Assembly (NCBI GenBank): GCA_963701085.1 | Contig: OY969561.1 | Span: 704,001 to 768,000 of the forward strand | Source of the DNA: an uncultured bacterium | GTDB lineage: Bacteria > Babelota > Babeliae > Babelales > Vermiphilaceae | DNA: 64,000 nt | Direction of reading: 5' to 3' | In this document: positions 50,316 through 60,759 of the stretch, in pieces | Numbering within the stretch: position 1 is the stretch's first letter | Layout: the number at the start of each line of letters is the position of its first letter | The notes under the pieces: generated by a model | What the model was told of the DNA's origin: nothing | Database searches by the model: none | Seen by the model: only the letters and a program-made list of their open reading frames with translations | Position numbers and translations under genes: made by a program

Positions 50316-51866
50316 CTACTTTTTTAACTCTTCCAACAATCTCTTTTTGTGCAAAACAGCATCATAAATACGTTTCAATAATTCTTTATTATTATCATGA
50401 TGATGGAGCATCTCCACAAAAGTTAATGTCTCTAACCAACGTAATTCGTTCAAGCCAACATCTAATCCTAAATGATGTAGTAATAATTCTACTTTTTCAT
50501 AATCCTGATTCCAAATTGTTGTAGACAATAAAGAATTAGAGAACATATTAATTATATTGAGATACCATGTTTGCTTAAGATCTTCTTCGGTAAAGTGCTC
50601 ATTACGTGAACGAGCAATCCTCAAAAAATAATTTATTTTTTCACTTATTAAACGATAACAGAAAAAAGATGCTGCAGCCTCATCGTTACAACCATCTTTT
50701 CTGGCAATTGTTCGAATAATCATTTGTTGATTTTTTTCTGCAGAATAATAATTATGAAAAAATTTATTAGTACAGGAAAGAGCTTTAAAAGTTTCTTTCA
50801 TATCCTGAACACGAGGGCTCAAACACAATAGTTTAGTAATATAGAATAGAATGTCACAATTATATAATACTTCTTTTTTAAGAGCATCATTCTGCTGCTC
50901 TGCATATTTAGCAAGAATCGCATTTTTAATTGGCTCAGGTAATTGATCAAAATTTTCACATAAAAAAGATTTATAAGCGTAACGTTCTTTATATAACTTA
51001 AAGTCATCGGGGATTGTTACCCCTTTAATATTATACATTTTAACTTCCTCTTTTGTCTCATATTTTTCATGCAGCGGGGACGACTTTCTATTAACAAAAG
51101 TCATTAACTTTGTATATACATGAGTTGACTGTAAAAATGCACGCACAAGCGCAGGAAATTCCAATAAATAACCAAAATCACAATACATTAAATTTTCCAA
51201 CTCTATAAAACAATGGCATTGTTTTAATGGATATTTAGAACTCAAGGAATACTCAATAATATTTTCCTCAGGTCTTTTATCACAATCATAAAAACAATTC
51301 CGAACCCCATGCAAATAAACTTCTCCCTGACGATTAAAATTAAAACGACATTTGTAATCCCATAAGTCATAAAAGGTAACAGTATCACCTGCATCACATA
51401 AATCACCATCATCCATCAAATAAAACATCCTCAGCATTAATTTATCTGGGTAAGGCTGTTTATCTCTGCCCAACAATACATACGTACTGCCATGCTTATG
51501 CCATGTAACTTCTGCATCAGTCGTTGAAATCTCTGTAAAAGAAGCACGACCACGAACCGTTACCTTCCTACCCGGTATTCCATAATTTTTTAAATAATTT
51601 TTTCTTAATTCAACAGTATTATGTATTGTTTTATTATAATGTTTTACATGTGTCCCGAAATAATTTTTTCTTGCTTCAACTGTCTCTTGTATTATTGTGT
51701 TATAATCCTTATCAACCAACGCCAACGCGCACAGTGAATCATGAGAAAGATACGTAATATTACGCACCATTATCTCTTTAACAAGGTGATGACGAAATTG
51801 TTCATCCATGCATAGTAAAGATGACGAAAAAGTAGCCAGTATAAAAAATGAATACAGCTTACGCAT
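50316..51866 (-). CDS. Exported hypothetical protein with two F-box-like segments
   Basis: Signal ..LLC-MD; YLSHDSLCALALVDK; ALSCTNK...IARKDGCNDEAAA resembles the array N-terminal module. Confidence 0.65.
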   Translation of the reverse strand: MRKLYSFFILATFSSSLLCMDEQFRHHLVKEIMVRNITYLSHDSLCALALVDKDYNTIIQETVEARKNYFGTHVKHYNKTIHNTVELRKNYLKNYGIPGRKVTVRGRASFTEISTTDAEVTWHKHGSTYVLLGRDKQPYPDKLMLRMFYLMDDGDLCDAGDTVTFYDLWDYKCRFNFNRQGEVYLHGVRNCFYDCDKRPEENIIEYSLSSKYPLKQCHCFIELENLMYCDFGYLLEFPALVRAFLQSTHVYTKLMTFVNRKSSPLHEKYETKEEVKMYNIKGVTIPDDFKLYKERYAYKSFLCENFDQLPEPIKNAILAKYAEQQNDALKKEVLYNCDILFYITKLLCLSPRVQDMKETFKALSCTNKFFHNYYSAEKNQQMIIRTIARKDGCNDEAAASFFCYRLISEKINYFLRIARSRNEHFTEEDLKQTWYLNIINMFSNSLLSTTIWNQDYEKVELLLHHLGLDVGLNELRWLETLTFVEMLHHHDNNKELLKRIYDAVLHKKRLLEELKK

Positions 51867-51891
51867 GATTAAAACTCTTATGTAAAAAATT

Positions 51892-52671
51892 TTATCGAAT
51901 TAATTCCCAGACAGTAAGCAGATCGGCCATTGATAATTCTTGTGCACGCAATGCCAAAGAGATTTCGGTAACCTTTTCCATTTTATAATGCGTATGCGCA
52001 AGATTATTTTTTAATGTGCGTCGCGGCTGCTTAAAGCAATGCTTAATAAAAATCCAAAATTTTTCTTCTTCGGGAATTGGCGTAATTTCAGCGTGCGGCT
52101 TAAAATATATTGTGCGCGAAAATACTTTTGGTGCAGGATGAAATGCTGTTGGTGGAACTTTATCAAGCAGCTTCCACTCAAAATAATGCTGAAAAAAGAG
52201 GGATGGATATCCATATCCACGTCCTCTTTTTTTTACTATTTTTTGAGCTACTTCTTCCTGTATCATAACAACACCTTCCTTGAGCAAATGTCTGTGCTCT
52301 TGAAAGCGATGCAAAATAGGAAAAGTAACTTGGTACGGTAAATTAGCTAAGATAGTCCATGGTTTATGCTCTTCAAGTTTTGCAAAATCTATATCGAGAA
52401 AGTTTTCTAAATTAACGGTAAGCCGGTCATCATGCTTAAATTTATCACGAACATAATCCGCCCAATCAGGATCAATTTCAAATACCTCAAGCCTTGCTGC
52501 TGGTGTTGCTAAAATATATTTGGTCAAAAATCCATCACCACAACCAATTTCAAAAATTGATGTTGTTGGCTTTATTTCAACCGCAAAAATCATATTATGC
52601 ACAATGCGCACATCACGCAAAAAATGCTGTCCGAACTGTTTTTTTAAAGGAATGCCTTGTGAATATGCCAC
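51892..52671 (-). CDS. rsmA: 16S rRNA adenine dimethyltransferase
   Basis: KKQFGQHFL, EIGCG.G, ANLPY, QEEVA and F.PAPKV motifs. Confidence 0.95.
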   Translation of the reverse strand: MAYSQGIPLKKQFGQHFLRDVRIVHNMIFAVEIKPTTSIFEIGCGDGFLTKYILATPAARLEVFEIDPDWADYVRDKFKHDDRLTVNLENFLDIDFAKLEEHKPWTILANLPYQVTFPILHRFQEHRHLLKEGVVMIQEEVAQKIVKKRGRGYGYPSLFFQHYFEWKLLDKVPPTAFHPAPKVFSRTIYFKPHAEITPIPEEEKFWIFIKHCFKQPRRTLKNNLAHTHYKMEKVTEISLALRAQELSMADLLTVWELIR

Positions 52672-52680
52672 GTGATTTAT

Positions 52681-53736
<1,056 letters not shown>

Positions 53737-53750
53737 TTATTCCCTCAAAT

Positions 53751-54977
53751 TTAATAAGCTAACTCCACTCCCAATGACACCTTATTTGTCTTAGGAACAT
53801 TGTGCGATACAAAAAGCATCGATGGTACATCCCATCTAAAAAACAAAATCGGATCTATAATATGTTTTGTATTTTGTTTTCCAAAATCATAAAAAATATT
53901 AATCGTAAAATAATCAGATCCCCACTTTGATGTAGCAATAACCTGTGATAAATCAACAGGGATTGTTTGATCTTCCCGACGATCACACCACTGATCTTTC
54001 CAGTGCGATGTTAACGTATAATGAACACCCACGCCAAGACCACCACGCAAGTTTTCTAAAATAAAATAAGGCGAAAATGCCAATGTTGCACCAGGACTAA
54101 TATGAGCCTTACCAACAATAGGACCAAAAATATAAGGCTCACTTGCCACCATGGGCATACGAGCCAGCGTTGTACGCGCTATACGCTTACTAATTTCCAA
54201 CAAAAAACCAACTTTAATATCTTCTTTCAGCTCAAACAATGAATCACCTTTAAGATAAAAACCACCAAACCCGTTACCACCATAGGGAATTGATGCTGCG
54301 TTAAACACATTGGTTTTTACTCCTGTTGGCACAAATCCACCAAATGTTAATCCTGCATAAATTCTACGACATTTTAATGTATAATCCCACTGCCTGCTGC
54401 CCCGAACGTACACATCAATATCACCAATGCCATGCTGTGCTGCATTATTTTCAATTAAGCCAATCTCCTCAAACGCCAATCGTTGTGACTGCTCAATTTC
54501 ATTATAATCGCCTGGTTTTAAATTTCTCACCTTCTCACGATCAAGACGAAACGTTTGACGTGAATTAGTTTTCAAAAACATCAACTCACACCCAACAGTA
54601 AAATGATCCGACAGACTTTGACAATATCGCATAAAAAAACCTTCCCCCTGAATGCGGCCATTCACAAAGAAAGGAAGTTCTCGTCCCAATAAATCAGAAC
54701 GTAACGGACTTTTACCAGTAATTTCTAACAAAGATGTTGCCAATGTATTTAAATCAAATGTGCCAAACAGTTCTGGAATACCAACTGTTTTTTCATCACG
54801 TGCAAATGCTTCACTTGCCGTTATCGCAACAAAATCAAGTTCATATGCCGAAGGCAGCCCCTCAATAAAAAATTGCTGCGGAACAAAAAGAGGAATAAAC
54901 CGATCATCATATATTGTTGCATGACTTATCTGAGACATACATAAAAAAATAGTAAAAATAAAAAACTTTTTCGACAT
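53751..54977 (-). CDS. Exported hypothetical protein, probable outer-membrane beta-barrel
   Basis: Signal peptide, GIGD, PTG, G.NG motifs; C-terminal LGVELAY. Confidence 0.65.
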   Translation of the reverse strand: MSKKFFIFTIFLCMSQISHATIYDDRFIPLFVPQQFFIEGLPSAYELDFVAITASEAFARDEKTVGIPELFGTFDLNTLATSLLEITGKSPLRSDLLGRELPFFVNGRIQGEGFFMRYCQSLSDHFTVGCELMFLKTNSRQTFRLDREKVRNLKPGDYNEIEQSQRLAFEEIGLIENNAAQHGIGDIDVYVRGSRQWDYTLKCRRIYAGLTFGGFVPTGVKTNVFNAASIPYGGNGFGGFYLKGDSLFELKEDIKVGFLLEISKRIARTTLARMPMVASEPYIFGPIVGKAHISPGATLAFSPYFILENLRGGLGVGVHYTLTSHWKDQWCDRREDQTIPVDLSQVIATSKWGSDYFTINIFYDFGKQNTKHIIDPILFFRWDVPSMLFVSHNVPKTNKVSLGVELAY

Positions 54978-55084
54978 TGAACTACCCTGCGCTATTATAT
55001 TTGTCGAATCTTAAATTATTGCCACATCAACCTCTTATACTATAATATCTCATTTTCCTTTTTTGGAAAGCATGAGACTTTTTA

Positions 55085-55155
55085 CCCAGGCTCGACTTCG
55101 CTTCGCCCGGGTACCCATCTAGAAGCTAAGGATCGATATAACTGACGAGCGAGAT
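55085..55155. repeat. REP-like element (ACCC..GGGTACCC type)
   Basis: ACCCAGGC..GCCCGGGTACCC followed by CTGACGAGCGAGATAG. Confidence 0.55.
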
Positions 55156-55176
55156 AGAAATTTTATATCCCTTCTT

Positions 55177-55229
55177 CCGCTCACCCTGAGTGTTCTACGG
55201 AATGTAATGGAGTAGAATGTATCGAAGGG
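55177..55229. repeat. REP-like half element
   Basis: CCGCTCACCCTGAGTG..TGTATCGAAGGG, the same frame as 45303-45412 with a different loop. Confidence 0.8.
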
Positions 55230-55318
55230 TCAAAAAAGCACATGAAAGTTTTACAAAAACATGATACACTCTTGCAACAACTTTAATTAAAAAAATAGCC
55301 CTGATATTAAGGAATATT

Positions 55319-56851
55319 ATGAAGAAATATCTCCTCGCACTCAGCGTTCTTACCGTAAGTAACCAAAAAGGAAATTTTATGAATAACAATCTTCAAGCAG
55401 TTATTTTAGCTGCAGGAAAATCAACACGTTTTAATACAGAAACAACAAAACTTGCCCAACCAATTTGTGGGCAAGCAATGATTCTTTTCCCCACACAACT
55501 TCTACAAGCATTAAACATTCCTACAATTATTGTTGTTGGCTACCAACAAGAACTGATCAAAAGGATCGTTTCTGCCGAACATGATACCTCAGTCGATTTT
55601 GTAGTACAAGAAAAACAGAATGGCACTGGCCATGCTCTAGCGTGCACCAAAGAATTATGGAACAAAGATCATATTATTGTCCTCAATGGTGATGTTCCCT
55701 TTGTTACTGCAGAAATAATCACCTCTCTTTATACAAAACATATCGAACATGATGCAGCAATAAGCTTTGTAACATCATCCGATCCCGATGAAACAGCAAA
55801 AGCATATGGGAGAGTCATCACAACAAATGACCACATCAGCATTGTTGAAGCAAAAGATTTTATTGGCAACATTGATGAACATCGCTGTGTTAATGCCGGC
55901 ATTTATCTCATTAATAAAAACTTTTTACAAGACTACATTGCAACGCTTAACGATGCGAATGCAAGCAAAGAATTTTATATCACTGACCTAGTTAAAATCG
56001 CAAGCGATAACAATCTTGTTGTGACAACAATAGATACACCTTTTAATACCATTCGTGGAATCAATACATTCAAAGAGTTGTGGATAGCAGAGCAAATTAA
56101 ACAGACTGAAATGATTAATTATTGGATGACACAAGGTGTACGCTTCCAATCCCCTCAACAAGTTTACCTTGACCTTAACGTCACCATTGGCAAAGGATCG
56201 TATATCGGCTCTGGAGTCCATCTACGAGGCAACACAAACATCGGAAAAAATTGTATCATCAAAGAATTTTCCTCCTTAGAAAATGCAATTCTTGAAGACA
56301 ACATAACGATTTATTCACACTGCGTTATCAACAATTCATATATTAAATCAAACGCTCACGTTGGTCCTTTTGCTCATTTGCGAACAAATGTAACTATTGG
56401 GACGCAATGCACTGTTGGCAATTTTGTTGAAGTTAAAAACAGCACTCTTGATACAGCAACAAAAGCTAAACACCTCTCTTATATCGGCGATTCAACCATT
56501 GGTTCACATGTCAATATTGGCGCAGGAACAATCACCTGCAACTACGATGGTCTGAGTAAACATAAAACCATCATCAAAGATTATGCATTTATTGGCAGCA
56601 ACAACTCTATTGTAGCACCTGTCACTATCGGCACCAATGCCTTTACCGCGGCAGGATCAACCATAACAAGTGATGTTCCTGATAATGCATTAGGGATTGC
56701 ACGAGCACCACAAACAAACAAATATGAGTACGCAAAAAAATTAAAAGGTCTCCCAACACAAGAACAAGAATGCAAAGAAAACAAACTTAATGATTTTTCA
56801 TTTATTGGCGCTCGTGTTATCCATCCTGATACACCAGCAGATGAACAATGA
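55319..56851 (+). CDS. glmU: Bifunctional UDP-GlcNAc pyrophosphorylase / glucosamine-1-P acetyltransferase
   Basis: ILAAGKSTR, GTGHA, LNGDVP, YGRV, EFYITD, GPFAHLR, GNFVEVK and ITCNYDG. Alternative start at 55379. Confidence 0.95.
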   Translation: MKKYLLALSVLTVSNQKGNFMNNNLQAVILAAGKSTRFNTETTKLAQPICGQAMILFPTQLLQALNIPTIIVVGYQQELIKRIVSAEHDTSVDFVVQEKQNGTGHALACTKELWNKDHIIVLNGDVPFVTAEIITSLYTKHIEHDAAISFVTSSDPDETAKAYGRVITTNDHISIVEAKDFIGNIDEHRCVNAGIYLINKNFLQDYIATLNDANASKEFYITDLVKIASDNNLVVTTIDTPFNTIRGINTFKELWIAEQIKQTEMINYWMTQGVRFQSPQQVYLDLNVTIGKGSYIGSGVHLRGNTNIGKNCIIKEFSSLENAILEDNITIYSHCVINNSYIKSNAHVGPFAHLRTNVTIGTQCTVGNFVEVKNSTLDTATKAKHLSYIGDSTIGSHVNIGAGTITCNYDGLSKHKTIIKDYAFIGSNNSIVAPVTIGTNAFTAAGSTITSDVPDNALGIARAPQTNKYEYAKKLKGLPTQEQECKENKLNDFSFIGARVIHPDTPADEQ

Positions 56852-58092
56852 TTCGATTTATACATACAGCAGACATTCATTTTGGTATGGAAAATTATGG
56901 CAAAATTGATGCAAAAACAGGAATCCATACGCGTTTGCTTGATTTTGAAAAAGCACTAAATGCCTGTATTGATATTGCAATACAAGAATCAGTAGATTTC
57001 TTTTTATTTGCCGGCGATGCATACAAAACACACAATCCAAGCCAAACGCAGCAGAAATTATTATTCAAATGCTTTTTGCGTCTCTACAAAGCAGGCATCC
57101 CAATCGTAATTGTTATAGGCAACCATGATCATCCCTTAAGCTTTGGTAAAGCCCATGCACTTGATATGCTTGGTGAAATACCACTTGACGGTTTTCATGT
57201 TTTTTCAAAACCAGGCAGCATAGTTCTTACCACAAAAAATGGTCCCATAACTATCGTTGGGGTCCCTTGGCCAACACGCAACACAGTAGCAATTGCAGAT
57301 AAACATCTTGATAAATCAAACTCTCAATTAACAGAATATATTTCCCGGGCAGTTGCTCACATTATCAGCGATCATGCAAAAAAAATTGATCAAACAATTC
57401 CCGCGGTACTTGCAAGCCATATCACCGTAAGCACGGGAATATTTTCTGGATCAGAAAAACGAGCAATTTATGGTAACGATCCAATGCTTATGCCATCGCA
57501 ACTCGCAATAGCACCATTCGATTATGTTGCGCTGGGGCATCTTCATAGACACCAAAATCTTAATGAATCAGGATATCCTGCAGTTGTCTACTCAGGGTCA
57601 ATTGAACGCATTGATTTTGGTGAACGTAAAGAAGAAAAAGGTTTTTGCCTCGTGAGCATTCCAGAAAAGGGAAAAGCTGTGTATGAATTTATTCCGGTGC
57701 CAACACGCCCCTTCATACAAATTGAAGTAACGCTCATTTCAGGTATTCCGCAAACAGATCAAATTATTGAAGCCATCAAAAAACACAATTTGCACAATGC
57801 CATTGTTAAAATTGTATATCATGTCCCTGCTGGTAAAAAAGATTTAGTTGATTTAAAAATTATCGAACAAGCGTGCCAAGAGGCACTTGATTTGATTGGC
57901 GTAATTCCCGTACATAGTTTTGAAACACGCGAAAAAAGAGGTTGTGCTCTTAAAGTCACCATGGATCTACCTGAGTTGCTTGGCAGTTATTTTGCAACAA
58001 AACCTGAACTCACTGACAAACGTACTGACCTCATAGAAAAAGCTCTTGTTCTTTGGCAAAACCACCTTGACCAACAGGAAGAACATAATTAA
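56848..58092 (+). CDS. sbcD: SbcD/Mre11 family exonuclease
   Basis: HTADIH.G, AGD, GNHD, DYVALGHLH and YSGS motifs. Confidence 0.9.
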   Translation: MIRFIHTADIHFGMENYGKIDAKTGIHTRLLDFEKALNACIDIAIQESVDFFLFAGDAYKTHNPSQTQQKLLFKCFLRLYKAGIPIVIVIGNHDHPLSFGKAHALDMLGEIPLDGFHVFSKPGSIVLTTKNGPITIVGVPWPTRNTVAIADKHLDKSNSQLTEYISRAVAHIISDHAKKIDQTIPAVLASHITVSTGIFSGSEKRAIYGNDPMLMPSQLAIAPFDYVALGHLHRHQNLNESGYPAVVYSGSIERIDFGERKEEKGFCLVSIPEKGKAVYEFIPVPTRPFIQIEVTLISGIPQTDQIIEAIKKHNLHNAIVKIVYHVPAGKKDLVDLKIIEQACQEALDLIGVIPVHSFETREKRGCALKVTMDLPELLGSYFATKPELTDKRTDLIEKALVLWQNHLDQQEEHN

Positions 58093-58112
58093 AAAAACGA
58101 GGAGGGATATGG

Positions 58113-59099
58113 ATGAAGAAATTACCAATAATAACCTTCTTTTTTTGTATATCTATCAATAATTTCAACTTACCAACTTTACATTTCCGCGCTCGCCCTG
58201 AACATGTTGAAGGGTTTTCTTCGAGCGCTCGAGGATATCCTTCAACATGTTCAGGACGAGCGCAGCGAAGATCTGAACGCGTGTTTACTACTGAGCCTGT
58301 CGAAGTATCAGGACGAGCGCAGGAAACAATTAGTTTATGGATAAGTTCTAAAAATATATATCCCAACATAAAAAAATTTGTCGGCTATCACAACATCGCA
58401 ACCCATATTCACTGTATTAAGTGCTTGTCAAAATCAACCCATTTGTTATCACGTTTATGTAAACAACACTACTATTACAAGCCTTGCAATTGCATCGAAC
58501 AAAAAGATTGTATACGGATTGACTCAACAATTTTTTCCCATCAAAAGCTGCGTGACTGCCTACAAAAAATGGTACTCACAGGATCTCTCAAACCATTACT
58601 CGTGCTACTACGAGAAGTAAAAAACTATCGCTTGCTTCAAGATAGCCTCTTTTTTCATGAATTTTTTGTACTTATTTTTACCGTTCACAAACAAATTCTT
58701 TTTCATGAATGTGAAGAAAATCCTCATGCATTAAAACACACAACATTTGAAACCATTATTGATATAAGCAACAAGATTAACCAACTGCCAATCGCAGAAG
58801 TATTAAGCGCGATAGACATGTTAGTAACAGAACTTCCCATATTTTTAGAAAAATATGAATTCCATTCAAAAATAACCTGGAAAGAATGGCTCAAAAAATA
58901 TTGGTGGGTACCGCCAGTTTTTGGTGCATGGTTTGGACTAAAAATTTTACTCCGTTTGCAACGACCACAATTTTATTATTCATCACCATACCTTGCACCA
59001 CGGCCACAAATTCCATTGGAACCAATTGTGCTCGTTGAACCAACTGAACTGACTAATCCCGTATTATTAGAAATTAGAAAAGAAGAAAATCATAGCTAA
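58113..59099 (+). CDS. Hypothetical exported/membrane protein with an in-frame REP insertion
   Basis: SD GAGGAGG, signal-like start, 44-aa REP-derived segment; WKEWLKKYWWVPP TM region. Confidence 0.7.
   Translation: MKKLPIITFFFCISINNFNLPTLHFRARPEHVEGFSSSARGYPSTCSGRAQRRSERVFTTEPVEVSGRAQETISLWISSKNIYPNIKKFVGYHNIATHIHCIKCLSKSTHLLSRLCKQHYYYKPCNCIEQKDCIRIDSTIFSHQKLRDCLQKMVLTGSLKPLLVLLREVKNYRLLQDSLFFHEFFVLIFTVHKQILFHECEENPHALKHTTFETIIDISNKINQLPIAEVLSAIDMLVTELPIFLEKYEFHSKITWKEWLKKYWWVPPVFGAWFGLKILLRLQRPQFYYSSPYLAPRPQIPLEPIVLVEPTELTNPVLLEIRKEENHS
58188..58320. repeat. Intragenic REP-like element
   Basis: GCGCTCGCCCTGAACATGTTGAAGG..CCTTCAACATGTTCAGGACGAGCGC plus CTGAGCCTGTCGAAG..TCAGGACGAGCGC. Confidence 0.9.
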
Positions 59100-59555
59100 T
59101 TATTTTTTTGCAATAATGTCGTGCACTCTATCTATTATTTTCTTCATAAATTCATAATATTCTGGAACTTCATGTGCAATGGCATCTGCTATTTCTTCAC
59201 GATAAATATGAGAAGTCATATTGCGTGACTTTACCATATCCATGTATTCAGAACCTTCAGATTCAGTTAATATACGTGCTGTCACTGCTTCGCGTATAAT
59301 TACCCGCGGAGAATTAATAGGCACATCTATATTTTCAACCTCTTCCAGATACAATTTTAGAACCTTCCAAAAAAGATCTGTACAATATTCAAACCGTTGA
59401 ATCATCGAATCTCGCATACTCGCGAATAAATACTCATTTTTTTCCGTAGGCTCTATTTCAAAAACTTTTTTATATTCGTAAAAAAGTTCAACCCCTTTTT
59501 GCAAAGTCTTTAATGCATCTAAATAATCAGTTATTTTTTCACTTATTCTTTCCAT
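59100..59555 (-). CDS. HEPN toxin (HI0074 family)
   Basis: RDSMIQRFEY, WK.LK, SPR..IRE and RNMTSHIY (Rx4HxY). Confidence 0.9.
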   Translation of the reverse strand: MERISEKITDYLDALKTLQKGVELFYEYKKVFEIEPTEKNEYLFASMRDSMIQRFEYCTDLFWKVLKLYLEEVENIDVPINSPRVIIREAVTARILTESEGSEYMDMVKSRNMTSHIYREEIADAIAHEVPEYYEFMKKIIDRVHDIIAKK

Positions 59556-59842
59556 ATAGCACCATCTCTTAAAATTTTTTGTTGCATTTTTTCTGATACA
59601 GCTCGAAAATCAACTATATCAAAATTAATGGGTAAATTTGACTCTTCTAAATCACCAATAATATTACTCATTATCCTATTCTCAATTTTGTGCCTCATGT
59701 CTAGCGCAACATCAATATCAGAACCTTCTCTATAATCTCCGCGAGCACGAGAACCATATAATATAATTTTTGCATCAGGTGCATATTTTTCTATTATAGG
59801 CACAATAATATTTTTATATTCTTCGGTAAAATTATATTTCAT
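59543..59842 (-). CDS. Minimal nucleotidyltransferase (MNT) antitoxin
   Basis: LYGSRARGDYREGSDIDVA (GSx10DxD); overlaps the HEPN start. Confidence 0.9.
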   Translation of the reverse strand: MKYNFTEEYKNIIVPIIEKYAPDAKIILYGSRARGDYREGSDIDVALDMRHKIENRIMSNIIGDLEESNLPINFDIVDFRAVSEKMQQKILRDGAIWKE

Positions 59843-59852
59843 TAAATTCTCT

Positions 59853-60728
59853 TTAAAAATAAACAACAGATGCGCTTTTAAGCAAAGCTTCTCGATATTT
59901 TTCCATTAACTCTTCATACTTTGGTCGACGCAAAATATCAACAATTTCTCTGTACGAATCTTCTAAACTTTTTACTGTCTCTGGTGTTTTTTCTACCAGT
60001 TTAAACATTTCAAAACCACCATTAACTTCTTCCGGCGATGAAATCTGACCTAGGTCCATGGAATAAATAAAATGCTTACTTTCTGCAACATCAGAATGAT
60101 TAATAACAAACGGCTCGCCCCACACAATGCCCGCAACCCCCTTGCCAGTCTGCGCATATTTCACTAAAACATTGCGCTGTGCGTTAGATGATAATTTTTT
60201 AGACTGCGGCACAAATGCTCGTTGCAATGTATACGTTGCTTCTATTATGGTTGCATGATCTTTATAATATTCTTCAACAGCTCTGCGTGGAACGATTAAA
60301 TTAGAACGAATTTTTATATCAAGCATGGTGTTAACTGTTTGCAACATCTGTAATTGCTCGCGACCTTCTTGAATGGTATAACCTGAAGCCGTGAATATAT
60401 CCTCTAACTCTTTTTCTGATAAATTATGTTCACGCTGCATTTGCACAAGATACGCATCAATCGCTTCTTCATCTTGCGGAATATGATGTTTTTTTGCATC
60501 AAGTAAAACTTCTCGCTCAAAAACTATTTCTTCTTTTGTACGGAATCCACCACCAAGACTTGGTCGATCAATATCTGATTTAGTAATAATTTCTACATCT
60601 TCCTGGCCATACACAACAGCTTCTATTTGATCTACTAAAATAAAATTTGAGGTATCAACATCGCTGACTACATCAGCGAAAATATGTGATGACATTATTA
60701 AAAACAACATCACTATGCGCATTTTCAT
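59853..60728 (-). CDS. SurA-like periplasmic chaperone
   Basis: Signal peptide, VDQIEAVV...IITKSD N-domain, G.IS.P PPIase remnant. Confidence 0.75.
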   Translation of the reverse strand: MKMRIVMLFLIMSSHIFADVVSDVDTSNFILVDQIEAVVYGQEDVEIITKSDIDRPSLGGGFRTKEEIVFEREVLLDAKKHHIPQDEEAIDAYLVQMQREHNLSEKELEDIFTASGYTIQEGREQLQMLQTVNTMLDIKIRSNLIVPRRAVEEYYKDHATIIEATYTLQRAFVPQSKKLSSNAQRNVLVKYAQTGKGVAGIVWGEPFVINHSDVAESKHFIYSMDLGQISSPEEVNGGFEMFKLVEKTPETVKSLEDSYREIVDILRRPKYEELMEKYREALLKSASVVYF

Positions 60729-60759
60729 ACTGCTATCCTTTGTCGTTCGTATCCTATTT

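Noticed and set aside
56848-58092. sbcD without an adjacent sbcC as a novel system
   Set aside because: sbcC may lie elsewhere in the genome; this cannot be judged from the window.
58031-58369. Antisense 112-aa ORF
   Set aside because: A product of the palindrome's symmetry; overlaps sbcD and 58113..59099.
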